64,000 nucleotides of DNA, from positions 6,417 to 70,416 of the forward strand of contig JAZNBG010000035.1 in the NCBI GenBank assembly GCA_045586925.1, in the 5' to 3' direction. The stretch comes from Clostridia bacterium. GTDB taxonomy: Bacteria; Bacillota; Clostridia; Monoglobales; Monoglobaceae. Of this stretch, positions 55,712 to 64,000 are shown piece by piece; the stretch's first letter is position 1, and each line of letters starts with the position of its first letter. Both the position numbers and the translations under genes were made by a program. The notes beneath the pieces were generated by a model, which searched no databases, was not told where the DNA came from, and saw nothing but the letters and a program-made list of their open reading frames with translations.

Positions 55712-56104
55712 GCGGCGGCAGATACCTTGGCAGCGCATTTTAAAGACACGGGCAGACAACCTGACTTTTATGACCTGATTTTATCGGGTGATTTAGGAAT
55801 TGTGGGCAAGGCGGCATTAATTGACCTGATGTACGAAAAAGGATACAGAATATCAAGTAATTATGACGATTGCGGTTGTATGATTTTTGACATAGACAAT
55901 CAGGATATGCATGCTGGCGGTTCGGGTTGCGGGTGTCTGGCGGTAACGTTGTGCGGATATATTATGGATATTATTAAGGCGGGAAAACTGAAAAACGTGC
56001 TTTTTATGGGGACGGGAGCATTACTCAGTCCCACATCAACGCTGCAAGGCGGAACAATTCCATCGGTGGCACACGCGGTGGCAATTACTGCAGAGAGGGG
56101 GTAG
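55712..56104 (+). pseudogene. spoVAD: spoVAD 3' segment (codons 209-338 of the split gene)
   Basis: From AAADTLAAHFKDTGRQPDFYDLILSGDL onward it matches the SpoVAD C-terminal half (GGSGCGCLAV, TGALLSPT). There is no RBS or plausible own start. It is in frame with the 5' segment if 19142 is joined to 55712. Confidence 0.9.
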
Positions 56105-56109
56105 AACAA

Positions 56110-56475
56110 ATGGAAATGTTTATGGAATATTTTAATGCTTTCTGGGTTGGGGGTGTATTTTGTGCAATTGCTCAAATTTTGATTGACAAGACCAAAATGA
56201 CCCCTGCCAGAATTCTGGTGTCATTTGTGGTTGCAGGCGTGATACTTGGCGGTGTGGGCATATATGAAAAAATTGTTGATTTTGCGGGGGCGGGTGCAAC
56301 TGTGCCCATTATCGGATTCGGAAACACCTTGGCAAAGGGCGTTTTAAAGGGGATTCGGCAGAATGGCTTCTTGGGAGTGTTTACAGGTGGGGCGTCGGCA
56401 GCAGCAGGCGGAATTGCGGCATCGATTTTCTTTGGGTTTTTGGCGGCAATTATTTTCAAGCCGAGGCAGAAATAA
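56110..56475 (+). CDS. spoVAE: Stage V sporulation protein AE (SpoVAEb type)
   Basis: 121-aa membrane protein with AFWVGGVFCAIAQILID and VPIIGFGNTLAKG, which is paralogous to SpoVAC. Confidence 0.88.
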   Translation: MEMFMEYFNAFWVGGVFCAIAQILIDKTKMTPARILVSFVVAGVILGGVGIYEKIVDFAGAGATVPIIGFGNTLAKGVLKGIRQNGFLGVFTGGASAAAGGIAASIFFGFLAAIIFKPRQK

Positions 56476-56566
56476 ACAAAAATTTTTAAGCTTTAACTAT
56501 TGCAAAAACTCTCTGAAAATAGTATAATAAAATAGTATATCTATATACTGAGGGGGAGTGTTTTGT

Positions 56567-57976
56567 TTGAAGGAAATCGACAGCATTGAAATGGAAAAAC
56601 AGCGTGATTTTATACAGAAAATCCGCATCGAAAACCAAGCGGCAAACCGACGTCCTCTTGCATTTGTTGAGACCTATGGCTGTGCGCAAAATGAAAACGA
56701 TTCTGAACATCTAAAGGGAATGCTTAGTGATATGGGCTATGGCTTTTGTGATAAAGCAGAGGATGCCGATTTGGTGCTTTACAACACCTGTGCCGTGCGT
56801 GAAAATGCAGAGCTTCGTGTTTTTGGCAACCTTGGTGCTCTTAAGCATCTCAAACGAAAAAAACCGTCGATGATTATCGGCGTTTGCGGATGTATGATTC
56901 AGCAACAACATATTGCCGAACAAATAAAGAAAAAGTACAAGCATGTTGATATGGTATTTGGTACCCACGTTGTATACCGTTTTCCTCAGCTTTTGAATGA
57001 TGTATTGGCTGATGGCAGAGTTATTGACATTGAAGACAGCGATGGCAGAATTTTTGAGGGTGTTACATCGGTGCGTGACAATCCGCCACTTGCGAAAATT
57101 CCCATTATGTACGGGTGCAATAACTTCTGTACATATTGTATAGTGCCTTATGTCCGTGGCAGAGAACGTAGCCGCAGCGTCGTGAATATTTTAAATGAGA
57201 TACGAGATGTTGCAGCCAAAGGTTATAAAGAGGTTATGCTACTTGGACAAAATGTAAATTCGTACGGCAAGGATTTGCCGGATAAGATAACTTTTGCGCA
57301 GCTTCTGGAGATGGTTTGTGAGGTTGAGGGAATCGAGCGTATTCGTTTTATGACCTCACACCCTAAGGATATTTCGGACGAGCTGATTGATGTTATGGCT
57401 CGGCAGAAAAAAATCTGCAAGCAACTGCATTTGCCGGTGCAATGCGGCTCGGACAGAATTTTAAAGAAAATGAACCGCAGCTACACCCGTGAAAAGTATC
57501 TGGATATTGTAAAAAAGGTTCGCGAAAGGATGCCTGAAATTGTTTTGACATCGGATGTTATTGTGGGCTTTCCGGGTGAAACCAATGAGGATTTTGAGGA
57601 TACAATGTCGATACTTTCTGAGGTTGAGTACGATATGATATTTTCCTTTATCTATTCAAAACGCAAGGGTACACCTGCGGCAGAGATGGAGGATTGCCTG
57701 ACAGACGAAGAAAAACACAGAAATTTTGACCGTATGGTTGCCTTCCAGAATGAGATTTCCAAAAAGAAGAACGACAGATATTTGGGGAGAGGCGAGAAGG
57801 TATTGGTTGAGGGATTAAGCAAGACCAATCCGGAATTTCTGAGTGGAAGAACTGATGGCGGAAAGATTGTTAATTTCCGTGGCGAAGAGGATTTGGTTGG
57901 AAAAATTGTTGATGTAAAAATTACAGAAATAAAAACTTGGTCGCTGATTGGCGAGATAATACAGGAGGACAAATAA
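56567..57976 (+). CDS. miaB: tRNA-2-methylthio-N6-dimethylallyladenosine synthase MiaB
   Basis: UPF0004 N-terminal domain (ETYGCAQNENDSE), radical-SAM CNNFCTYCIVP and a TRAM C-terminus. Start is TTG 56567 (8 nt after GGGGGAG) or ATG 56591. Confidence 0.93.
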   Translation: MKEIDSIEMEKQRDFIQKIRIENQAANRRPLAFVETYGCAQNENDSEHLKGMLSDMGYGFCDKAEDADLVLYNTCAVRENAELRVFGNLGALKHLKRKKPSMIIGVCGCMIQQQHIAEQIKKKYKHVDMVFGTHVVYRFPQLLNDVLADGRVIDIEDSDGRIFEGVTSVRDNPPLAKIPIMYGCNNFCTYCIVPYVRGRERSRSVVNILNEIRDVAAKGYKEVMLLGQNVNSYGKDLPDKITFAQLLEMVCEVEGIERIRFMTSHPKDISDELIDVMARQKKICKQLHLPVQCGSDRILKKMNRSYTREKYLDIVKKVRERMPEIVLTSDVIVGFPGETNEDFEDTMSILSEVEYDMIFSFIYSKRKGTPAAEMEDCLTDEEKHRNFDRMVAFQNEISKKKNDRYLGRGEKVLVEGLSKTNPEFLSGRTDGGKIVNFRGEEDLVGKIVDVKITEIKTWSLIGEIIQEDK

Positions 57977-57977
57977 A

Positions 57978-58382
57978 ATGAGAAACACCATTATTGAGAA
58001 AGCACAGGAACTTGGTACACTTATTGCTGAAAGCCCTGAAAAAGAGAGATTGACTGCGGCGGGTGATGCAATGAACAACAACGAGGAGGCAACAACACTT
58101 CTTCGGACATACAACGAAAACCGCAAAACCGCAACAGAAAACTTAAGAGGTAAAGAACCTACAAGAGAAGAACTTGAGGAATATAGAAATTATGTTCAGG
58201 CAGAATTTGAAAAGATTGCTGAAAATAAGCTGATTGCAGAATACATCGAAGCAAGCAAGGAATTTGATTTGATGGTTCAGCAGGTTAATGCTGTTCTTAG
58301 CTACTTTATCACCGGTCAGGAGCAGGATAGTGCAGAGGGCGGTTGCAGTGGAAACTGTTCAAGCTGCAGCAGCTGTCATTAA
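57978..58382 (+). CDS. YlbF/YmcA-family regulator with a Cys-rich C-terminal tail
   Basis: Helical YlbF-like body (FEKIAENKLIAEYIEASKEFDLMVQQVN). Tail is GGCSGNCSSCSSCH. Confidence 0.7.
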   Translation: MRNTIIEKAQELGTLIAESPEKERLTAAGDAMNNNEEATTLLRTYNENRKTATENLRGKEPTREELEEYRNYVQAEFEKIAENKLIAEYIEASKEFDLMVQQVNAVLSYFITGQEQDSAEGGCSGNCSSCSSCH

Positions 58383-58463
58383 GATTTTGACGAAGATTTA
58401 TTGATTAAGAATAAAAGTTTAAAGTGGCAAATGATTATTGAGTTAATTTTGGGGGAATTATAG

Positions 58464-61082
58464 ATGGCAGAATTTACGCCAATGATGCGTCAGTATTTTG
58501 AAATAAAGGAGCAGTATAAGGACAGCATCCTTATGTACCGTCTCGGTGATTTTTACGAGATGTTTTTTGACGATGCTCTGACGGCGTCAAAGGTTCTTGA
58601 AATAACCCTTACCGGCAGAGATTGCGGTCAGGAGGAGCGTGCTCCTATGTGCGGTGTGCCTTTTCACTCGGTGGACAGCTATATTGCCAAGCTGGTTGAA
58701 AATGGTTATACCGTTGCCATTTGCGAACAGACTGAAGACCCAAGCACAGCAAAAGGTATTGTCAAGCGTGATGTTGTTCGTGTTATTACCCCCGGTACGA
58801 TTATGGATTCTGCAGCTTTAGATGAATCTAAGAATAATTATCTGGCAGCCGTGTATATTGAAGGACAGGGTGCAGGTATTTCATTCGTGGATATTACCAC
58901 GGGTGAAATATCGGTAAATGAGTTTGAGGGCGAGGACTTAGAAATTCAAATTCTTAATGAAATCAGCAGATTTTCACCTGCTGAAATTATTCTTAACCTT
59001 GAGGCGTATGAAAAAGAACAACTCCTTGGTATGATTGCCGAAAGATTCGGGTGCCCTATACGAAATTATTACAACTGGGCATTTGAACGAGATGCGGCAA
59101 AAAAGAGTGTTGCAGAAAAATTCGGCGAAGTACAGCAGGAACTGTTTGAAAAGGGTTTTGCTATATGCAGTCTTGGGGCACTTTTAATGTTCCTGGGAGA
59201 GACCCAGAAAACTGAACTTGCCAACCTGCGTGAAGTTCAGGTTATTGAATCTCAGGAATATATGGAGCTTGACCTTTACAGCATTCGTAACCTTGAACTT
59301 TTAGAGACTATGCGTGATAAAAAAGCAAAGGGTAGCCTTCTTGCGGTGCTTAACAAAACCAAGACATCAATGGGTGGAAGACTTTTAAGAAAATGGATTA
59401 CAATGCCCCTTGCCAATTGTGCAAAAATCCAAAACAGACATCGTGCGGTGGCAGAACTGGTTGCAAACCCCATTCTGCGTGAAGAGATTATCGAAGCGCT
59501 GAAGTCAATTCAGGATATTGAACGATTGATAGCTAAGGCGGCATATAAAACTGCCAACTGTCGTGATTTGCTTGCAATAGCAGATTCTCTTGAAAAGCTG
59601 CCGCAAATAAAAAATCTTTTGGGCAAATGCACATCAGGCGTCTTGCAGAGACTTTACGAGCAGATGGATGAGCTTGCAGATGTAAGAGATGTAATCCGTG
59701 ATGCGATTAATCCTGACCCACCGATTTCGTTGAGAGAGGGTAATCTTATCCGTGATGGTTTCAGTCACGAGGTTGACTCCAGACGTGAGCTTATGCAAAA
59801 TGGCGTAAGCTGGATAAAGAATTTTGCCGAGGAAGAAAAGGAAAAGACAGGAATTAAAAATATCAAAGTGGGGTACAACCGTGTCTTCGGCTATTATCTT
59901 GAAGTAAGCAAGCAAAGCACAGGGGATGTTCCTGAATATTTTGTAAGAAAGCAGACTCTTTCAAACTGCGAAAGATACATAACACCACAGATTAAAGAGG
60001 TTGAAGAAAAGATTGTCGAGGCAGAAAGCCAGATTGTCAATATGGAATATGAGATGTTCTGCAAGGTTCGTGACCTTGTGGCAGATCAGGTGGCAAGAAT
60101 TCAGCTTACGGCGCACGCTGTTGCCACAACCGATGTTTTGTGCTCTTTTGCCTTTGTTGCCGAGAAAAATCGGTACGTTATGCCTGATATGAATATTTCG
60201 GATAAAATTATAATTAAAGACGGCAGGCATCCTGTTGTTGAATCTTTGTCGGCTATGTTTATTCCCAACGACACTCAGCTTGATGGTGCAGACAGTCAGA
60301 TTGCAATTATTACAGGTCCTAACATGGCGGGCAAGTCAACCTATATGCGACAGACGGCGCTTATTGTTCTTATGGCGCAGCTGGGATCGTTTGTTCCTGC
60401 AAGCTCTGCGGAGATAGGGGTTGTAGATAAAATCTTCACTCGTGTCGGCGCATCAGATGATTTATCTGCAGGACAAAGTACATTTATGGTTGAAATGAGT
60501 GAGGTGGCATATATTCTTGACAATGCTACAAAGAAAAGTCTTGTAATATTTGATGAAATCGGCCGTGGAACAAGTACTTTTGATGGACTGGCAATTGCAT
60601 GGTCGGTGGTTGAATATATGGCAAACAAAAATAAATGCGGGGCAAAAACTCTGTTTGCAACTCATTATCACGAGCTTACCGAGCTTGAGGACAGGCTGGG
60701 TGGTGTAAAGAATTATTGCATTGCAGTTAAAAAGCATGGTGATGACATCACCTTCCTGAGAAAGATAATCCGTGGCGGTGCTGACGGCAGTTATGGTGTT
60801 GAGGTTGCGGCTTTGGCAGGGGTCAAAAAGGAAGTTACCAAACGCGCCAAGGAAATCCTTAAGGAACTTGAAATTCGTGACGGCAACGGCGCATCAAATG
60901 TTACGGTAAAAAATACTCAGAAGAAAAAAACTGAAGATACCAGCCTTGACCAACTGAGCTTGGGCGGATTTGAGGAAAACGAAATCGTTAGTGAAATCAA
61001 GAGCCTTACGCTTGATAATATGTCGCCTATGGAGGCACTGACAAAGCTTTATGCATTAAAGGCAAAAGCAGAAAATTTATAA
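58464..61082 (+). CDS. mutS: DNA mismatch repair protein MutS
   Basis: TPMMRQYFEIKEQY, Walker A GPNMAGKSTYMRQ, STFMVEM and DEIGRGTST. Confidence 0.98.
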   Translation: MAEFTPMMRQYFEIKEQYKDSILMYRLGDFYEMFFDDALTASKVLEITLTGRDCGQEERAPMCGVPFHSVDSYIAKLVENGYTVAICEQTEDPSTAKGIVKRDVVRVITPGTIMDSAALDESKNNYLAAVYIEGQGAGISFVDITTGEISVNEFEGEDLEIQILNEISRFSPAEIILNLEAYEKEQLLGMIAERFGCPIRNYYNWAFERDAAKKSVAEKFGEVQQELFEKGFAICSLGALLMFLGETQKTELANLREVQVIESQEYMELDLYSIRNLELLETMRDKKAKGSLLAVLNKTKTSMGGRLLRKWITMPLANCAKIQNRHRAVAELVANPILREEIIEALKSIQDIERLIAKAAYKTANCRDLLAIADSLEKLPQIKNLLGKCTSGVLQRLYEQMDELADVRDVIRDAINPDPPISLREGNLIRDGFSHEVDSRRELMQNGVSWIKNFAEEEKEKTGIKNIKVGYNRVFGYYLEVSKQSTGDVPEYFVRKQTLSNCERYITPQIKEVEEKIVEAESQIVNMEYEMFCKVRDLVADQVARIQLTAHAVATTDVLCSFAFVAEKNRYVMPDMNISDKIIIKDGRHPVVESLSAMFIPNDTQLDGADSQIAIITGPNMAGKSTYMRQTALIVLMAQLGSFVPASSAEIGVVDKIFTRVGASDDLSAGQSTFMVEMSEVAYILDNATKKSLVIFDEIGRGTSTFDGLAIAWSVVEYMANKNKCGAKTLFATHYHELTELEDRLGGVKNYCIAVKKHGDDITFLRKIIRGGADGSYGVEVAALAGVKKEVTKRAKEILKELEIRDGNGASNVTVKNTQKKKTEDTSLDQLSLGGFEENEIVSEIKSLTLDNMSPMEALTKLYALKAKAENL

Positions 61083-61126
61083 ACAATATACGGTGTACCG
61101 TGAATTAGTTAAAAGAGGAAAAAGTT

Positions 61127-63058
61127 ATGGCACAAATCAAAGTATTGTCGCAGGCTGTTGCTGACAAAATTGCTGCAGGCGAGGTTGCTGAAAGACCTTC
61201 GGCTGTGGTTAAGGAGCTTGTTGAAAACTCAATAGATGCAGGGGCTGACAGGATTACTGTTGAAATAAAAAAGGGCGGCATCACATACATATCCGTTGAG
61301 GATAATGGAAAGGGAATTCCATATGACGAGGTGGAATTTGCCTTTCTTCGTCACGCAACAAGCAAGCTGAGAGATATAGACGATTTGTTTGAGATACAGA
61401 CAATGGGATTTCGTGGCGAGGCACTGGCAAGTATTTGTGCGGTGTCGGATGTGACGGCAATCACTAAGGAAAAAGGTGCGGTAGAGGGTGCCCACGTGAC
61501 AGTAAACCACGGCAAAGCATCACAAAAGGAGACTGTGGCTTGCAATGAAGGTACAATTATGATAGTTGAAAACCTTTTTGCATCTGTGCCTGCCAGAATG
61601 AAATTTTTAAAGAAGGATTCTACCGAGTCGGGTTATGTGGCAGATGTGCTGAGCCGTATTGCTCTGTCAAAACCTGATATTGCTTTCAGATATATCTGTG
61701 ACGGAAAGGAACAGTTTTCAACTTCCGGTGACGGAAATCTTAAAAATGCAATTCTTAACATTTATGGCATAGACCACGCCAAAGGCGTGCTGGAGGTAGA
61801 ACATACCGAGCAAGGCGTAACGGTTTCGGGTATGGTCGGCAAGGCAGAGCTTGCTCGTGGCAATCGTTCTCGGCAAACCTTGTTTGTAAACGGCAGATAC
61901 ATTAAAAATCATGTTATTTCAAAGATTGTTGAGGAAGCCTATCGTAATGTTCTTATGACAGGGAAGTTCCCGTTTTTTGTGCTGAACATTAAGCTTGCAC
62001 CAAGCTTGGTTGATGTAAATGTTCATCCTGCAAAAACCGAGATTAAGTTTGCAAACGAAAAGGAAATATACGATATAGTTTATCACGGTGTTAAAAATGC
62101 TATATACCGACGCCCCGAAATTCCGGTAAAAGAGCCGGAAGCGGCAACGGAAAAGGTGATATATGAAGCAAAGCCGATTTCATCACCAACAGTAGTAAGC
62201 AAAGAACCGGAAAGGATTGACAGACAAACAGTTAGCGAATTTCTTAAAAACACAGTTCCAAGCAACTTGGGCAGAAGGTTTAATTCTCCAAGGCCTGAAA
62301 ATGTTTTTGAAAGCAAAAGTGAACAGTTGATTCAGGAAACTGCAAAGAGTGATATTGCAACATTCCCTGTTCTCGAAATGGAGGATATTCCGCATAAGAT
62401 AGATGTGGTTGTTCCGCAAAGCAATGAAAATACAGTACAATTGCCATTGTTTGAGGAAGGCAGTATTGATGCGGCCGAGCCTTCGGTGATTGTTGGTCAG
62501 GTTTTTGGGACTTATGTAATAGTGCAAAAGGGCGACAAGATGTTTTTGATAGACCAGCATGCCGCCCACGAGAGAAAGCGATTTGAGACCTTAAAAAAGG
62601 ACTACAGCGAACGTGGCGTTTCTGGTCAAATGCTGCTTGCACCCATTGTTATGGATGTGGACAACCGTGAGGTTCAGGTGGTTAAGGAAAATAAAGAAAC
62701 TCTTGAAAATATGGGATTTGACATTGAAGAATTTGGCCGAAATTCGGTAATTATCCGCCAGACCCCGCTTATTTCGGATGAGGAGGATATAAAAGACCTT
62801 GCAACAGAGGTAATATCCATATTAGGTGATGGCAGACCGTCGGGGCTTCTGAGCTTTGAAGAAAGGCTTCTTGACACCATATCCTGCAAATATGCCATTA
62901 AGGCAAATAAGAAACTCAGCACTCTTGAGATGGAGGTGCTTGTGCGGGACGTTGAGGAACTTGAAAATTCGGGTATTACAACCTGTCCTCATGGCAGACC
63001 TATCAGGATAGAGTTTACAAAGCGTGAAATTGAAAAAATGTTTAAGAGGATTGTTTAG
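61127..63058 (+). CDS. mutL: DNA mismatch repair protein MutL
   Basis: GHKL ATPase motifs IAAGEVAERPSAVVKELVENSIDAG and GFRGEALASI. C-terminal endonuclease motif DQHAAHER and CPHGRP. Confidence 0.98.
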   Translation: MAQIKVLSQAVADKIAAGEVAERPSAVVKELVENSIDAGADRITVEIKKGGITYISVEDNGKGIPYDEVEFAFLRHATSKLRDIDDLFEIQTMGFRGEALASICAVSDVTAITKEKGAVEGAHVTVNHGKASQKETVACNEGTIMIVENLFASVPARMKFLKKDSTESGYVADVLSRIALSKPDIAFRYICDGKEQFSTSGDGNLKNAILNIYGIDHAKGVLEVEHTEQGVTVSGMVGKAELARGNRSRQTLFVNGRYIKNHVISKIVEEAYRNVLMTGKFPFFVLNIKLAPSLVDVNVHPAKTEIKFANEKEIYDIVYHGVKNAIYRRPEIPVKEPEAATEKVIYEAKPISSPTVVSKEPERIDRQTVSEFLKNTVPSNLGRRFNSPRPENVFESKSEQLIQETAKSDIATFPVLEMEDIPHKIDVVVPQSNENTVQLPLFEEGSIDAAEPSVIVGQVFGTYVIVQKGDKMFLIDQHAAHERKRFETLKKDYSERGVSGQMLLAPIVMDVDNREVQVVKENKETLENMGFDIEEFGRNSVIIRQTPLISDEEDIKDLATEVISILGDGRPSGLLSFEERLLDTISCKYAIKANKKLSTLEMEVLVRDVEELENSGITTCPHGRPIRIEFTKREIEKMFKRIV

Positions 63059-63061
63059 CTT

Positions 63062-63988
63062 ATGCTGAAAAAGATTATAGCAGTTGCAGGACCTACAGCC
63101 TCGGGCAAGACGTCTTTAGCGATAGAAATTGCCCGTAAATTTGACGGCGAGGTGGTTTCCTGTGATTCTATGCAGATTTACAGGTTTATGGATATTGGCA
63201 CGGCAAAGCCCGACAAGAGCGAGCAGGAGGCAGTGCGACATCATATGATTGATATATTGAACCCAACAGAGCGATGCAGTGTGGCAGACTTTGTGAGGTT
63301 GGCAAGAGAGTGTATTGATGATATTATCCGGCGAGGTAAATTGCCTATTCTTGCCGGTGGAACAGGTCTTTATATGGACAGCGTGCTTGAAAATATTGTG
63401 TTTGAGGATTTTGGCAGTGACCCGAAGTTCCGTGCCGAAATGCAGCAATTGGCAGATACAGAGGGTGTGGATGTGCTCCACAGCATACTTGCCAAAAGAG
63501 ATCCTGAAGCGGCAGAAAAAATTCATCCCAATAATGTAAGACGTGTTATTCGTGCATTGGAGGTGTGCCATCTTACAGGCAAAACCTTTACACAGGTAAA
63601 TCTTGAGTCAAGGCGGGAGCCTGTGTATGATGCATTGATACTGGGAATTGATGCCGATCGTGAAATTCTTTATGAAAGAATAAATATGCGTGTTGACAAA
63701 ATGATGGATGGTGGCTTGCTTGAAGAGGTTCGTACTCTCTGTGATATGGGGATAGACCGTGATACAACCGCTATGCAGGCAATCGGCTATAAGGAAATTC
63801 TGGAGTTTTTAGAGGGGAATGTCACCATTGATGAGGCGGTAGAAAAAATCAAAATGGAAAGCCGCCGATATGCAAAAAGACAGATGACCTGGTTCAGACG
63901 CAACGACAAAATACAATGGATCAGCGCCGAGTCACCAGAATATGTGGCGATTGTTACAGAGAAATGCAAAGAGTTTTTACAAATCTAG
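63062..63988 (+). CDS. miaA: tRNA dimethylallyltransferase MiaA
   Basis: P-loop GPTASGKTSLAIEIA, DSMQIYRFMDIGTAKP and a C-terminal YAKRQMTWFR. Confidence 0.97.
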   Translation: MLKKIIAVAGPTASGKTSLAIEIARKFDGEVVSCDSMQIYRFMDIGTAKPDKSEQEAVRHHMIDILNPTERCSVADFVRLARECIDDIIRRGKLPILAGGTGLYMDSVLENIVFEDFGSDPKFRAEMQQLADTEGVDVLHSILAKRDPEAAEKIHPNNVRRVIRALEVCHLTGKTFTQVNLESRREPVYDALILGIDADREILYERINMRVDKMMDGGLLEEVRTLCDMGIDRDTTAMQAIGYKEILEFLEGNVTIDEAVEKIKMESRRYAKRQMTWFRRNDKIQWISAESPEYVAIVTEKCKEFLQI

Positions 63989-64000
63989 CGAAATGGAGCT

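Overview
The window comes from a sporulating, AT-leaning Firmicute. Gene content looks Clostridia-like: spoIIP, a spoVAC/AD/AE operon and an SLH-anchored S-layer protein. Both flanks are ordinary core genome. The left flank (1-19.1 kb) carries metK, recR, a queG-like gene, an rlmD-like gene, spoIIP, fumarate hydratase alpha, an M14 peptidase, trmFO, the S-layer gene, malQ and spoVAC. The right flank (55.7-64 kb) carries spoVAE, miaB, a ylbF-like gene, mutS, mutL and miaA.

The centre is a visibly more AT-rich insertion of about 36.6 kb (19143-55711) that splits spoVAD. The two halves rejoin in frame across a shared CCTG. A large serine recombinase gene sits at the right end, and the reconstructed attP has clear dyad symmetry. 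This resembles a skin-like intervening element, but it lies in a gene that is forespore-expressed in B. subtilis.

The cargo is not phage-like. It comprises:
- A defence islet with an AAA-DUF234 ATPase, a BcgI-like type IIB R-M pair and a Kiwa-like pair. The islet is bracketed by ~320-bp direct repeats next to a small serine resolvase.
- A tyrosine recombinase followed by a candidate invertible promoter switch: two 8-6-8 core sites in inverted orientation enclose a terminator and a promoter.
- A 20-kb unidirectional operon encoding a non-canonical type VII secretion-like system. It contains TetR, a YdjI-like SPFH protein, an FHA-EssC, YukD, three WXG100 proteins, a WXG-fused membrane-active protein and DUF4176. 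It is fused to a PP2C phosphatase, two Ser/Thr kinases and several zinc-ribbon membrane proteins.
- An ORF-free 1.1-kb region with two paralogous promoter-plus-small-RNA-like units.

All functional calls rest on motif recognition in the translations. No database search was run.
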